The position numbers and the translations under genes were made by a program. A stretch of 64,000 nt of DNA. Origin: Eledone cirrhosa. Lineage: Eukaryota. Shown one piece after another: positions 16,106-30,999 of this stretch. The first letter of the stretch is position 1. Each line of letters opens with the position of its first letter. The stretch lies in contig OZ024742.1 of assembly GCA_964016885.1 (NCBI GenBank), positions 131,936,001 to 132,000,000 of the forward strand. Direction: 5' to 3'. Below the pieces are notes generated by a model, which was given only the letters and a program-made list of their open reading frames with translations, did no database searches and was not told where the DNA came from.

Positions 16106-16340
16106 ATTACTATATATATATATATATATATATATACATACCTACATATATATATATATAGAGAGAGAGAAAAAGAGTCAGAGTCCCAACGGCTGAGCTC
16201 CGACCGCCTTCAGATCTAGCTGTCAAAACGACCGGAGCTCAGCCGTGGTGGGGTCCTATCCTATTTCCCACTCTACTACCCTATGTATCGCTTCCTCTGG
16301 TCTGTTATGGTACACCTGGTATCTTACCACAGATTCTTTG

Positions 16341-16406
<66 letters not shown>

Positions 16407-16538
16407 GTGAGGTTTTTATTTACGAAATGAAAAATAACCGAGGTGTCGTACACGAGTGAAAGTATAAAGAAAAAGAGATGAAATCGAAAATGCAACTGGA
16501 GTCTTATTTTTTTTAAAAATATATATATTTATTTGGTT

Positions 16539-16576
16539 CCTTTACCGGTTTCGCAGTTCTTCTGCTTTTCAAAAGG
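16539..16576 (-). ncRNA. Minimal type I HHR, U3-A8 core variant
   Basis: ccuu-UUGAAAA-gcag(aagaa)cugc-GAAA-ccgg-UA^aagg. Confidence 0.85.
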
Positions 16577-17604
16577 TGAGTTGAGATGGAGGGTCTGTGG
16601 TTTTTCTCACATCTGGTTGGTCTCTGAATGTTACTTGTTTTATATGGAAAAAGTGGCTCGAAATGCCAGGTTTTTCGAGAAGCAATTTGATTGGTTTATC
16701 AATAATTATAATAAATTTCGCGCCAGTTCGCGTTACAATAGTTCTTCAAATAAGAGAGGGGGGGTTGTCACAGGTTGTTTTTTTCATATATGAGTGTTTG
16801 AATTTCTTTTTACTTGAAAAAAGAGGCTCACGAAGGCTTTTTTTTGGTTGGTTATAAATGAAATTTGGCTGTCACGTGAACAAGTTTTCATTACATTTTT
16901 GCGCCCTTATTTGGAAAACTATTCTGTAGTCTTTATCGTGAATGTTATGACAATGGAGAGATAGTGCTCAAGAGAAAAGGCATTGGGAGAATTGTTCTGG
17001 TTCAGTGAATATGGCCAGCTCGCCGGGGTGTCAGAGTTAAGATTTTCTATTGAAGTGAAGATATGTATGTTTATTTGTGTGCTTGTGTGTGTGTATGTGT
17101 GTATGTGTGTGTGTGTGTGTATGTGTGTATTGGAAGATGATTCTATTAGTAGAGATGGGGGAGGGAGTTGTGTGTGTGTGTATATGGGTGTTATTTGTGT
17201 GTGTGCGAGTATGTTAAGATGGAGAGGATATATATTTTGTGTGTGTGTATATATATATGTGTGTAGGAAAGTGGTTCTATTAGTAGAAATGGGGAGGGAG
17301 TTGTAGGTGTGGGGGTTGTTATGTGTGTGTATGGGTGTTATGTGTGTGGGAGTATGGTTAGCATGTTAAGATGAAGAGAATATATATATATATATATTGT
17401 GTGTGTGTGTATGTGTGTGTGTAGGAAAGTGATTCCTTTAGTAGGAATATTTTTGAATGAACATATTTTCCTTACTTTTTCGTGTTTGCTGTTGTATTGC
17501 CAGTGCAAACGTATGTTAAGGTATATTTAGTTCTGGTTTTTATTTTCTAAAGTAGAAGGTGTTATGTGTGTGTATGTCATATTGTGGTATTGACATAATG
17601 TATA

Positions 17605-18120
17605 TTAAACCTTATTTAATGTTGGTCTATATTTTTGAATAAACATATTTTCCATATTTATTCGCATTTGTTCTGTTGTATTGTTAGCGCAAAGGTAAAA
17701 TGGGAAGACTTGGAATTTGGGTGTCTTATTACTTGCGCAAATGTCTAGATGTGCACTTAGTGGTATCTGTCTCGTGGTTGGATCTCGTAATTGTTGGCGA
17801 TGAACTGTCATTCTGTTTCTGAGTGTGAGTTTAGTTTGTCCTATATAATCTTCATTGCATCCTTTACATTTAATGGCATAAAGTAGATTTGTTGATGAGC
17901 AAGTGAAGTGATTTTTTACAGTAAAATGTTGTCCTGATTTAAATGTATACGTATTGCCTTCAATGAGGTGAGTGCAGGTTCCACAATTAGAGCGACCACA
18001 TTTTTTGATACTTGGTTGTGGGTTTGTGGTAGGTAATTTGGCATTGGTGAGTAATGTTTTCAGTGATTTGGGTTGTCTTTTGCTTTTGATTATTTTGTGT
18101 GTTTCAAGGGCTTTTTTCAT
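17605..18120 (-). CDS. PLE GIY-YIG endonuclease domain (truncated ORF)
   Basis: CGRSNCGTC linker; NLLYAIKCKGCNEDYIGQT..LRNRMTVH...E..FI....PTLN. Confidence 0.88.
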   Translation of the reverse strand: MKKALETHKIIKSKRQPKSLKTLLTNAKLPTTNPQPSIKKCGRSNCGTCTHLIEGNTYTFKSGQHFTVKNHFTCSSTNLLYAIKCKGCNEDYIGQTKLTLRNRMTVHRQQLRDPTTRQIPLSAHLDICASNKTPKFQVFPFYLCANNTTEQMRINMENMFIQKYRPTLNKV

Positions 18121-18176
18121 TCTTGGGTTTTGTTTTAGTAGTGGGATGTTATTGTGAATAGTGTTGTAAGCTTCCG

Positions 18177-18345
18177 TTTAATATAGAAATGGGTTCTACA
18201 GGACTGGAACTGTTTCGATGATATCTTTTAATGAAACAGTTCCAGTCCTGTAGAAAACATTTTTCTATATTAAGCATGATGTTTAGACTCAACAAATGCT
18301 TTGAATTCCTTACTCTCTTTGGTTACCCCAGACTGAAAGCGGGAC
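18177..18345 (+). mobile_element. Family A pLTR hairpin capping the 5' truncation of the preceding PLE
   Basis: ttctacaggactggaactgtttc / gaaacagttccagtcctgtagaa inverted pair plus a family A-like tail. Confidence 0.75.
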
Positions 18346-18352
18346 TCACACA

Positions 18353-18465
<113 letters not shown>

Positions 18466-18472
18466 GCACACA

Positions 18473-18808
<336 letters not shown>

Positions 18809-19469
18809 ATATATATATGTATATATAATGTACCCATACACATCCACGCCCACATATACACATATATTTCTATATGTACATATATATATATATATATATA
18901 TGTGTGTATATATATATCTCTAGTTGTCACATGCACACATTTACACCTAATAATATCCGTATGTATGAATGTATGCACGCACACACACGCACACACACAG
19001 ACACACACACACGAACACACATATACACACACACACATACACACACATATTTATATACACTGATTTATACTTTCTCATATCGAATTATTCATTAGCTGGA
19101 TATATATAGGACATATACTTATATATAGGATATATATATATATATATATATATCTTCCAGAGATCTATCATTATTTATATGTAATTCATACGTGAGTAAG
19201 AACAAAGCTTTTATTTTTACAGACACTGATTGTTGTCAAGTCTCATTAACATTAACAAGTTAAGATTGTTCGTGTTATTGAAGCAGAAGCTGCTTAAAAT
19301 TCATTAGAATAACCTTTATAATTTTGAAGGTGTGTTCGCGAAAATATTTGTAAATGCTAAATGTTGCAGGTAGCATTTATTCGAAATTTTCACAAATATA
19401 CTAAAATGAAGACTAACTAACGTTGTTTTCTCGTAAACACTCTTATCGCCGTAACCTCCGCCACCCATT

Positions 19470-20100
19470 TCATCAGCAACTACACCAACGCCAACACGAT
19501 GACCATTACCACCACGTCCATACCACCATCACCGCCCCCAACACCCTCAACGCCAACACCACCACCATTACCACCACGGCAATTCCACTATCACCCCCGC
19601 CCCCCTAACACTACCATCCTCCCACAAACACCAGCAACGCCAACACCACCATCGCACCCCAACACCATAGCCCCCTCCAAATCCACCAATGCCAACACCA
19701 TCACCATTACCACTACGACAATACCACCATCACACCACCAACACCACCAACGCCAACACCATCACCATTACCACCACGACAATACCACCATCACACCCCA
19801 ACACGACCAACAGCAACACCATCGCCATTACCACCACAGCAATACCATCATTACCCCCCATCACCACCAACGCCACCATCACCACCATTACCACCACGGC
19901 AATACCACCATCACACCCCAACACCACCAACGGCAACACTACCACCATTACCAGCACGATTATACCACCATCATCAGCAACGTTACCACCATGCCCTTCC
20001 CTACCCCGTTATCACCTGCAACATCACCAACGCCAGCATCATCAACCTCATAATCACGACCACCACCACCACCCTCACCATCAACAGCATAACCCTTACC
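19470..20100. repeat. 60 bp-period CAC/CAA/CAT minisatellite
   Basis: Lines at 19741, 19801, 19861 and 19921 align at period 60. Confidence 0.85.
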
Positions 20101-20244
20101 ATCCTCTAGCCTTTTCCGTCGTATCTTATACTCTGAAGAGATAACCGAAGTTTAGCAAAACGTTTAACTGAACATCTACAATATTCCCCTTAAATAACAC
20201 TATTTATATTTGACTGTAAGTTTAGCCAGGATGATTTTATCTAT

Positions 20245-20560
20245 TCACTGATAATAGTATATGATAGTGCACATACTTAAATATGGAATGTTACGCGATG
20301 CAAGTTCCTTGCGGACAGGATGGAGAAGGCATTCCCCCCGGAGGACAGCAAGGGAGACACGCCTGAAAAGCCACTCCAACTCGCGGGGTCCACTCCTGCG
20401 GCTGGCCAGCTCAGCGTCTATGGTGGCGAGTAGGGAGGTAGCCCTAGGGCCGAGGACACCATAAGTCTCCACTTTCAGGGGTACAACAGCAAACCTGTCG
20501 GTGAGTGACCGGTATTTGAGGAGTTTGGCCTCCTCAGCCCGACGTGCAGCAGAACCAGTA
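20245..20560 (-). mobile_element. 3' fragment of a CRE-like RLE non-LTR retrotransposon
   Basis: AARRAEEAKLLKYRSL..FAVVPLKVETYGVLGPRA...WLFRRVSLAVLRG. Confidence 0.75.
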
Positions 20561-20713
20561 AGTGTGTATGCGAGTGTGTGTACATATGTATTTATGTGTG
20601 CGCCTCTGTGGCGTTATACCATATAGTTAAATCGTATAAATCTAGTGTAATCACTCAACACCAGCAGCCGAAATTACAACAATAATTATAACAACAGTAA
20701 TAATAATAATAAT

Positions 20714-20920
20714 GGTTTCTTATATAGGCAAAATGTCAGACATTTTGTGAGGGAAGGGGAAAGTCGATTAAATCGCCCCAGTGCGTGACTGGTACTTTAT
20801 TTTATCGCCCTGTAATGATGAAAGGAAAAGTTAACCTCGGCGGGATTTGAACTCAGATCATAAAGGGCCGTAACTCTATGCAGCAAAGCATGGTGTCCGA
20901 TTCTCTACCGATATTGCCAT
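20714..20920 (-). mobile_element. tRNA-derived SINE
   Basis: Homology to the 7421/7640 copies; (aat)n tail on the left. Confidence 0.85.
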
Positions 20921-21599
20921 CACATAATGCTAGTGAATTAAATTCCTCCATCCACTCTTTTTCACTCCTTTCAGTTCTGTCACGCCAGGTCTCCTTTTCA
21001 TGCTATCACCAAGAGCAACGTCACATCTATCGCTTTGGACTTTGCTCTCTTTGACACAAAAAGTCATAATTTCTACACTCACATAAAACACCCTAAGCTG
21101 GGCGAACATCTATTTTGCATTCATTATCATGCCAACCATCCAAGCTCAATATTAAACAGAAGCACAACAGAGATCTGGTTATGACAATACAATTGTGCAT
21201 ATAGATAGCAATCTCGTAGTCAGCAAAAATTATAACAATATTACTTCGCATGATATGACTCTATATAGACACAATTTGAAAACGAAACCGGCACTTAAAC
21301 CGAACAAGTGTTCGCTATTCTCTAAGACAACGACAAGAATTAGAAAATATAGCGATAGTCAGAAACCCAGGAAAAATAGAGGTAATGTAGAACACACAAA
21401 TAATGGGAATAGCAAGCGTATAAGAAATAATAAAAGTACCAGGAAAAACAATAAAAATAAAGAACACAGAATTTCGAGAACAACGCGTATAAAGGTAATG
21501 ATAACAGTAACAGACCAAACACATATTGTAGTAACCTTAACAGAAAATACATTCGAAATCGGACTGACGTAAACTATAAATCTAAAGTTGATACAAGTA

Positions 21600-21880
21600 A
21601 TAGGAGACTGAAGCATAAGATATTTAAAGCAGGTTACCTACCTCTGGAAAACCTTAAATCCTGCAGGAAATCCACTCCATGGTTTAACCCAAAATTTAGT
21701 AAACGCATAGCCTCTAATATATCTAAATTATTTTTTAATATTCCAGCGAAAAGCTTCTTTCCAACCCACCATTACTATACAATACGTAATAAGAATGATG
21801 TAAAAATATCTTACTCAACTAATCACAATCTAGACAAATATTTAATGTCTAGCAGTAATATGAAAATAAGAAAATATATT
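21600..21880 (+). pseudogene. Decayed PLE fragment (thumb/linker)
   Basis: WFNPKFS...FP.HHY...NKNDVKISYS motifs, as in 27062-27703. Confidence 0.6.
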
Positions 21881-22049
21881 TACTTTATCTTAAAGGCGAA
21901 TGAAAATTATTTTTATTTCACTCACTCAAAAACCTGGTGTATATCCATCTCCTCCATCCTTCCCATATAATATAGGAATACTCATCTGCACACCCTTTAT
22001 GGGATGAGTCTACATATATAAGTATGCACTTATAGTTATATTTACGAGC

Positions 22050-22088
<39 letters not shown>

Positions 22089-22559
22089 CACACGCAATTG
22101 TACATTAACCCCTAGATTCCTATCGCTCTCTCTTGATCATTAACATCTTCTCTTACAACTAATACAGACCGACTATATATGCTCACTCCACATTTCCCTT
22201 CACTGCTCTGTATACACACATACACACCCTTATATTAACATACTTTTGCTCATAGCTTCGTACTTACATGCACACACACTCTTCTACTTACATATACACA
22301 CACATTCCTTCTTAGCTTCGAACGGACGCATAATAATACACACACACACACACACACATACATGCTTACGCACGTACACAAGTATAGCTCATTTTACAAA
22401 ACTGTTTTTCCATTTCAGGTAGGCGCGCTCCATCAACCTCTGTTCTAAAAAACAAACCATAGTCAAAAAGCCAGCAACAACAGTTTTGCAAGAGATGTAA
22501 ACAAGAATGGACCTGTATTTTTATCTAAAGACATGTTTTCCAATTCCATCCCGCCCGTC

Positions 22560-22710
22560 CCCTCAATCTATCTTATTTCTCATTATTTCTTATGATGAAG
22601 GACTAGCGTCCGAAACGTTAAGGTACTTTTCTTGCTCTATCAAGTTTTAACCTAATATATCCCTTTGATATACTGTACCGATTGTGTTGTTATTTCTCTT
22701 TATCTTTTAC
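22560..22710 (+). mobile_element. pLTR-like fragment with minimal HHR (C3->A) at 22589-22622
   Basis: ctt-ATGATGA-aggac(tagc)gtcc-GAAA-cg-TT-aag; relatives at 42555-42655 (+) and ~48220-48345 (-). Confidence 0.65.
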
Positions 22711-22739
22711 ACACACACAAACACACACACGAACACACA

Positions 22740-22843
<104 letters not shown>

Positions 22844-22892
22844 AATGAAGTAACAGGAGGCTGGACTGGTGTAAATCCTTGAAAGGTTTATT

Positions 22893-22950
22893 ATAGTATG
22901 ATCATTTCAATGACCGGGTTCCATATGAATCCGGTGATATCATCAGGTAT
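22893..22950 (-). ncRNA. Type I HHR in a ~325 bp TA-flanked element (22843-23170)
   Basis: auac-CUGAUGA-uauc-accgg..ccggu-cauu-GAAA-ugauca-UA^cuau; palindromic stem III; one stem I mismatch. Confidence 0.72.
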
Positions 22951-23165
22951 TGGAATATAACAAAGGAATATGTAAAAAGCCATAGGTCCGAAAAACCATG
23001 GGTCCGAGAAACCTGAGACAGGGAATGCGACTGACCCAGTAGCTTCACAGCCAGCCGCCCTCAAAGGGTTAACTGCACTGCGTTGAGTACTCTTCACAAT
23101 ATTACACCAGGATTGACCATACGGAATGACCAGTTCTATCCAGTGGTGAACCAACAAACTTTAAG

Positions 23166-23252
<87 letters not shown>

Positions 23253-23262
23253 TATATATATA

Positions 23263-23750
23263 CGTTATTCGGGGTTGAATCGGAGGTAACCACAGTAAGT
23301 AAGGTGCTCAATACATAGCAGAGTATAACAGTTTTAATATAGATGAGATTCTACAGGACTAGAACTGTTTCATTCTTTAGAAATTATCAGGAATCTGGGT
23401 ATCAAAAAATAAATATGGTATTTATAGGTCTCTTCAGGTGGTAGGAGAGGGTAGGGAATGGGATGGGTAGAGGTCATTGGTTGATAGAAAAGGGAATTCA
23501 TTAAAAGCTAATTCTTTAAAGCTATGATTTATATTTAGAGTAACAAAGGCAGAAAGAATTCTATAAACAAGTTCAGATTGGGGTGCCACTCCTTATTTTT
23601 AAGTTTTAACAATGCCTATATTTCAGGTGCCTATAAGATCTTGGGGATCAGTCATGGTTGATGGATTTAAAGAAAAGGGAAATTCTTTAAAAGCTAATTC
23701 TTTAAGGTTCTACTTAGTGACAAAGACTTAGAGAATTCTATAAAATATTG
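23263..23750 (-). mobile_element. Family A pLTR (HHR core decayed to CUGAUAA)
   Basis: Near-identical to 28516-28761 and 13486-13616. Confidence 0.85.
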
Positions 23751-23904
23751 AGTGCATATCATACCATTTTCTTCAAATTACTCTTAAACTATATTCCAAA
23801 AGTCAATAGACACGTTCACAAACACACACACTCACACACTCGCGCGCACACCCCCCTCACACATATATATATATATATATACATATATATTCATATACAC
23901 ATAT

Positions 23905-23951
<47 letters not shown>

Positions 23952-24022
23952 TATACACATATATATACATACATATACACATATACACACATGTACACAT
24001 ATACACACACATACACATACAT

Positions 24023-24073
<51 letters not shown>

Positions 24074-24120
24074 TACACATATACACACGTATGCATATAT
24101 ACATATATATACATATATAC

Positions 24121-24177
<57 letters not shown>

Positions 24178-24269
24178 TATATATATATAAATATATATAC
24201 ACACATACACAGACATACACTCATACATGCATACATACAGATACATATATATAAATATAAATATATATA

Positions 24270-24871
24270 TGGTGGCTGCCAACTCGTTTTCGAGTACGGC
24301 CACTACTTTATATCCATGTATGAGAACCCCTACCGATGCGCTGATGGAGTGTGACTTTTTAGTCCAGCCAACGACTTGAAACCTGGTACAAACACTACAC
24401 TTGTGACAATTATTGACACATAGTGCTGGGCCCATGCTATCATGTGACAACAAGTGCAGAGAGATCTCCAAATATAAAGCAATGCCTGTACCGTGAAGCT
24501 TTTATAGTGGGCAAAGGCACTGCACAAAGCCAGTCCCACTCTCTTAACCAAGATAATATTTACTAAAACGAAGAACAAGTCAACATCATTGGATACCATG
24601 AGGGTTGCAGGTGTTATATCAGAGTTTTCCTTCTCCTAGAATTCTGCCTTGACAAAGGCTAAGGGGTCATCTCTCCCAGTGATTTTGGATGGCCATTGAC
24701 ACTTAAGAGCCCCTTTGCCCTCTGACAGGTTTTGTTTTTAGTCCTGCAGGATCTCCAAAGTCACCCTCCTCACCAAAAACCTTGGTGGGGTTGCCAGTTT
24801 GCTCGCCAACGACCCAATCATGGGACAATTGTATTGGGATACATGTTACCAGTAGCACCAACTGGTGACCT

Positions 24872-24874
<3 letters not shown>
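24270..24874. mobile_element. ~605 bp interspersed non-coding repeat, copy 2
   Basis: Homologous end-to-end to 11220-11830. Confidence 0.85.
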
Positions 24875-24957
<83 letters not shown>

Positions 24958-25183
24958 CATATATACACACACACATACATATATACATACATATACATAT
25001 ATACACACATATACACACACATACACACACATACGCAAATATATATATATACACACATATATATACATAAACATTCACATACCTACATATATACATAAAT
25101 ACATATACACATATACATATACACACATATATACACCCATATACATATATATATATGTATATAAATATATATATATATATATG

Positions 25184-25267
<84 letters not shown>

Positions 25268-25405
25268 TATATATGTATGTCTGTGTGTGTGTATATATAT
25301 CTATATTTGTGTATATGTATGTATTTGTGTATGTGTATATATGTGTATATATATGTATATGTATATTTATGTGTATGTGTATATATATATATGTGTAAAT
25401 ATGCA

Positions 25406-25436
<31 letters not shown>

Positions 25437-25788
25437 GTATATGTATATATATGTATATATATATATATGTATATATATGTATGTGCGTATGTGTATATGT
25501 ATATATGTGCATGTACGTATATGTGTATATATATGTGTATGTATTTATTTTTTATATATATATTTATATATATATATATGTATATATATATAATATATAT
25601 ATATATATGTATGTATGTGTATGCACGTATATGTGTATATATCTGTGTATGTATTCATTTTTTATATATATATTTATATATATATATATATATATACATA
25701 AAAATATATATATAAAAAATGAATACATACACAGATATATACACATATACGTACATACACATACATACATATACACATACACACATAC

Positions 25789-25821
<33 letters not shown>

Positions 25822-26016
25822 CATATATATATACATATATATACATATACATATACATATATATATATATATATATATACATATATACACATATGTATAT
25901 ATATACACATACACATAAACATACATATACATATATATACACATATATACACATATATACACACATACACAAATACATACATATACACACATAAATATAT
26001 ATATACACACACACAG

Positions 26017-26074
<58 letters not shown>

Positions 26075-26076
26075 AC

Positions 26077-26148
<72 letters not shown>

Positions 26149-26234
26149 CTGTGTGTGTGTATATATATCTTTATGTGTGTATATGTATGTATTTGTGTAT
26201 GTGTGTATATATGTGTATATATATGTATATGTGT

Positions 26235-26271
<37 letters not shown>

Positions 26272-26410
26272 TACACATATATATATATACATATACACAC
26301 ACATACACATACATACATATATATATATATATATACTCTTTTACTCTTTTACCTGTTTCAGCCATCCGGCTGAGGCCATGCTGGGGCATATATGTATATA
26401 TATATATATC

Positions 26411-26492
26411 ATCCCACCTCACCCCCACTCCTCCTCAACCTGAAATACGGCCACTATGTTTATGTGAGTACCTCTTACCTCTTACCTTTGTT

Positions 26493-26525
<33 letters not shown>

Positions 26526-28880
26526 GTACTCATAAATATACGCATATACACAGGCACATAAAAACAGCTATACAGGCAGAAAATGCAGATAGGTAAGAGG
26601 TACTCGCATAACCATAGTGGCCGTATTTCAGGTTGAGGAGGGGTGGGGGTGAGGTGGGAAGCAGGCAGAGGAGCTAAAAGGAGGCAGTCGTTTTTAGCCA
26701 TCGGGCATTAACACTGGCCTAAGATATTTGAAAGTTGCAAAGTTCTTGTGCATGCAGTTCGGGCAGTGTTCAGAGAGTTTGTTCAGTAGCGGGCTCTTGG
26801 CGAATAAAATTTCATAGCTCTCTGAGATACATAGTTCGCAGCCCTTGTGTCCTCCGTCGTAAGCGCGCGCTCACTGGAGTATTTTCCATTTAAGCGTGAT
26901 GGGGTCGAGTTCCTTTTGACGTCCCAAACACAGGAGGCGAGTGTTGTCCGGTTTGATTTGTCCGGTCTTCTGAAGGAGTGGGTACGGGGAAACCAACGGG
27001 TCTTAAAGTTATTGGAAGTCATGCCGATGTAAGTCTTTTTATTATTGCAATCATCGGTACCTCAGATGACATCGCATTTGTATACGATATCATTTGTCAG
27101 GCATTTGTTTTCAAGTGGGCAGGCTTCCTTATTTAGGCAATTACACAAGGCCTCAGTCCGGGGATTGGGTTCGGAGGTGGTTGGCTTATTTAATTTTTTA
27201 GAATTTTGCTTGGCTATATTCCTAGCTAGGTTAGGTGTGGTGGAGTAGGAGCGTATCATTGTGTTCTTATTAAAGATGGTGTAGTACCTATGTTGTATGG
27301 GGAAGTGTGTTTTCAGCAAAGTGAAGGAAATACCAGCTATCGGTGTAGAGACCTCTCTATTGAAGGGAGGGTTGTACCAGCTAATCTGCCTATGCCTATT
27401 CCTCCTTTGCAAACTTGCGGTGGTTTCTAGGTAGGTTATCTTTTCTTTAAATCCGATGCGGGCGAGGGCGTCATTGTAGTAGGAGGCAGATACGTTAAAA
27501 ATATCTTCGTTGGCAGAGAGGCCAGAGATTCTAATAGAGACGCTTTTTACTAAGTTATCAGTGATGTTTTTGGGGTGGTTAGAATTAACATTAATATATC
27601 TAAGGGACTTGTTAAGTTTGTGGTACGGGTAATAGAGGGAAGTATCTAGGTCGAGAGTGACATCTAAGAAGTTGGCCCTAGTCATATTAGATTCTATAGT
27701 CATACTAAATCTAGATTAGAGAAGAACGAGCTTAAGTTTTTCCGAAACCCATCGGTGGTTCTGGGGTTAACCTTGTTCATGGCGAAGAGGCCGTCGTCTC
27801 GGTATAAACCACCGGTTAGGCCGGTAAAGAGGTTCTTCAGGTGATGTAAATTGTACAAGCCCACAAGGTCGCTAATTTAATCCGAATCATTCGCTCACAT
27901 GCTGACGTCAAATGGGGTCTGAGACTTCTTGTTGATCCAGTAAGATCCATCGTGGTATAGAAAGGTCTTACGGGCGTAGAGGATAATAACTTGCTCAGCA
28001 TCGGTAATGGTGGTAACATTCCTAGCAAAAGTAATTGCTTCCTTCAGGAGGGGCTCCGAGATAGAAGCATAGTAGTTTTCTATGTCGAGTTGCAGAAAGC
28101 GAATTTGGCGTTTGTCGGGTAATTCTTGGAACCAGGATATTGCCTCAGATTTTTATATTCCGCAATTCAGTATTTAAATAGGCCTGGAATGGTGTGGTGG
28201 CTCTACGGAATTTTATATCTTTGATCATCTTGAAGAGGTCTTCTTCAAATGGTTGGAGTAGGCTGTTGGTGGGTGGTGCCTTATTCGTTTTGAAGCCGAA
28301 CTTCTCATCACTGGTAGATGCTATATGAGGGTTCTCGAGGTAGAAGGCCCTCCATCTAATTCGCTTGATGAACTCGTCGGTACGTCTGATGCGTGATTTG
28401 AGGTATAGTTTCCTTGGAGGGATGGGGATGTTCTTCATGGAGACATCAAGGTCGAGTTTTGTCAGCATGGTTTCTTGATGATGGTTATAAGGGGCACAGA
28501 GAGTGCTAAAAGATAGGTTATTCCGGGTTGAATCGGAGGTAACCACAGTAAGTAAGGTACTCAATACAGAGTGTAACAGTTTTAATATAGATGAGATTCT
28601 ACAAGACTAGAAATGTTTCATTCTTTAGAAATCATCAGGAATCTGGGTATCAACAAATAAATATGGTATTTATAGGTCTCTTCAGGTGGTAGGAGACGGT
28701 AGGGAGTGGGATGGGTAGCGGTCATTGGTTGATAGAAAAGGGAATTCATTAAAAGCTAATTCTGAAATACGGCCACTATGGTTATGTGAGTACCTCTTAC
28801 CTATCTGCATTTTCTGCCTGTAGAGCTGTTTTTATGTGCCTGTGTATATGTGTATATTTATGAGTACTTATTTGTTTATA
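26411..28880 (-). mobile_element. Internally deleted, frameshifted PLE (N-terminus, RT, GIY-YIG) with own inverted pLTRs and an embedded family A pLTR (28516-28761)
   Basis: SMKNIPIP..FIKRIRWRAF; DIENYYASI; GLYRDDGL; NFLDVTLD; WYNPPF; CNC...CPLENKCL..DIVYKC..YIG; ~26512-26630 inverted against 28762-28880, and a third pLTR piece at 26411-26495. Confidence 0.9.
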
Positions 28881-28942
28881 TATATGTGTGTATGTGTATA
28901 TATGTTTGTGTATATGCATATATATATGTGTATATATGTAGA

Positions 28943-29500
<558 letters not shown>

Positions 29501-29689
29501 GGGCACAGTCTTTACCGACTCACGTGTGGTTGCGCTTACCATTAATGTGGAGACAAGGTTTTTCCGCACCGGTGACAATGGAACTTAACCAGCTGGTTGT
29601 GCGATGGTATGAACACAGAGATCTCGCAGTTTGCCGGTCGACATTCACCAAACGCCATGTTCAGCACCAATAACACCATCACCACCAAC

Positions 29690-29775
29690 TTCCCCAAAAC
29701 TACTACAACAACAACAGCACCAAAAAACAACTATAACTAACACCATCACCACCACAACAAGTACTACTACTACTA

Positions 29776-29811
<36 letters not shown>

Positions 29812-29857
29812 AATATACTACTACTACTACGACGACGACGACTACGACGACGACCCA

Positions 29858-29930
<73 letters not shown>
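29690..29930. repeat. (ACT)n/(ACA)n trinucleotide microsatellite
   Basis: Direct inspection. Confidence 0.95.
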
Positions 29931-30453
29931 GGACAGTCATGGTTGCCGACATCATTCTTTACGTGTTAATTGTAAAAGTACACCCATATATATTAAAAAT
30001 CCTTGCTTTCGTTGATTATTTCTATATACATTTTACTCTCAACAGTTTTTTGAAATTTCATCTTCTGTTTTGTTTGATATTATTTAATTTCATTTCCAAA
30101 CGATTCAACAGAATGTATAAATAAAATAATACAATAAACAACGTACACACACACACACACTTATATATATGTGTGATTATATATATCTGCATATATAAAC
30201 ATGTATGCATGCTGTGTGTGTACGTGTGCGTGTGTTTTTCTGTGCGTTTGTGTGACTCTTTGATTAAGCGTGTATATGTGTCTCATATATAGCTTTCTGA
30301 TATTTTCTTTATATTATCTCATTTCCTTATATTTTATATTGCGGAGCTTCACGGCAAAACAAATTATTACACGCAAACCAATCTCGATGTTGCCACACAT
30401 ACAAGGGCATACATTCTAATACAAGATTCCATATCATATATATACGTATATAA

Positions 30454-30484
<31 letters not shown>

Positions 30485-30648
30485 GATATATATATATTTA
30501 TATATATGTGTACACACACATACACACGCTCACACACACATATATATATATACATATATAATCATATATATATATGTGAGTGTATGTGTATATATATATA
30601 TATGTATATGTGTATATATATATATATAATCATATATATGGGTGTGTG

Positions 30649-30713
<65 letters not shown>

Positions 30714-30999
30714 GTATATATATATATGTATATTTATATATATATATATGCATATATATATATGTATATATATATATATGTATATATATGTATATATATA
30801 AATTAATAAAAATAATGAATAAAAACAAAGAAACAGTTCCTTATATTAAACAATTCATCATTTTACGATCGTTTCTAGGATATATATGTGTGTGTTGGTA
30901 TGTATATCATATAGATCTATGTAAAGATTTTATAAACTATCAGAGGGAATATACATACCTACACATATATATGCTGTCTTCAGAAATAATGATATTTGT

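Larger units (their letters stand above)
16401..18175 (-). mobile_element. 5'-truncated PLE: GIY-YIG domain, long 3' UTR and pLTR
   Basis: ORF 17605-18120; HHR 16539-16576; 3' end abuts (TA)n. Confidence 0.88.

Noticed and set aside
19423-20144. His/Thr/Pro-rich mucin-like ORFs
   Set aside because: 60 bp minisatellite open in several frames on both strands; no supported splice or start context
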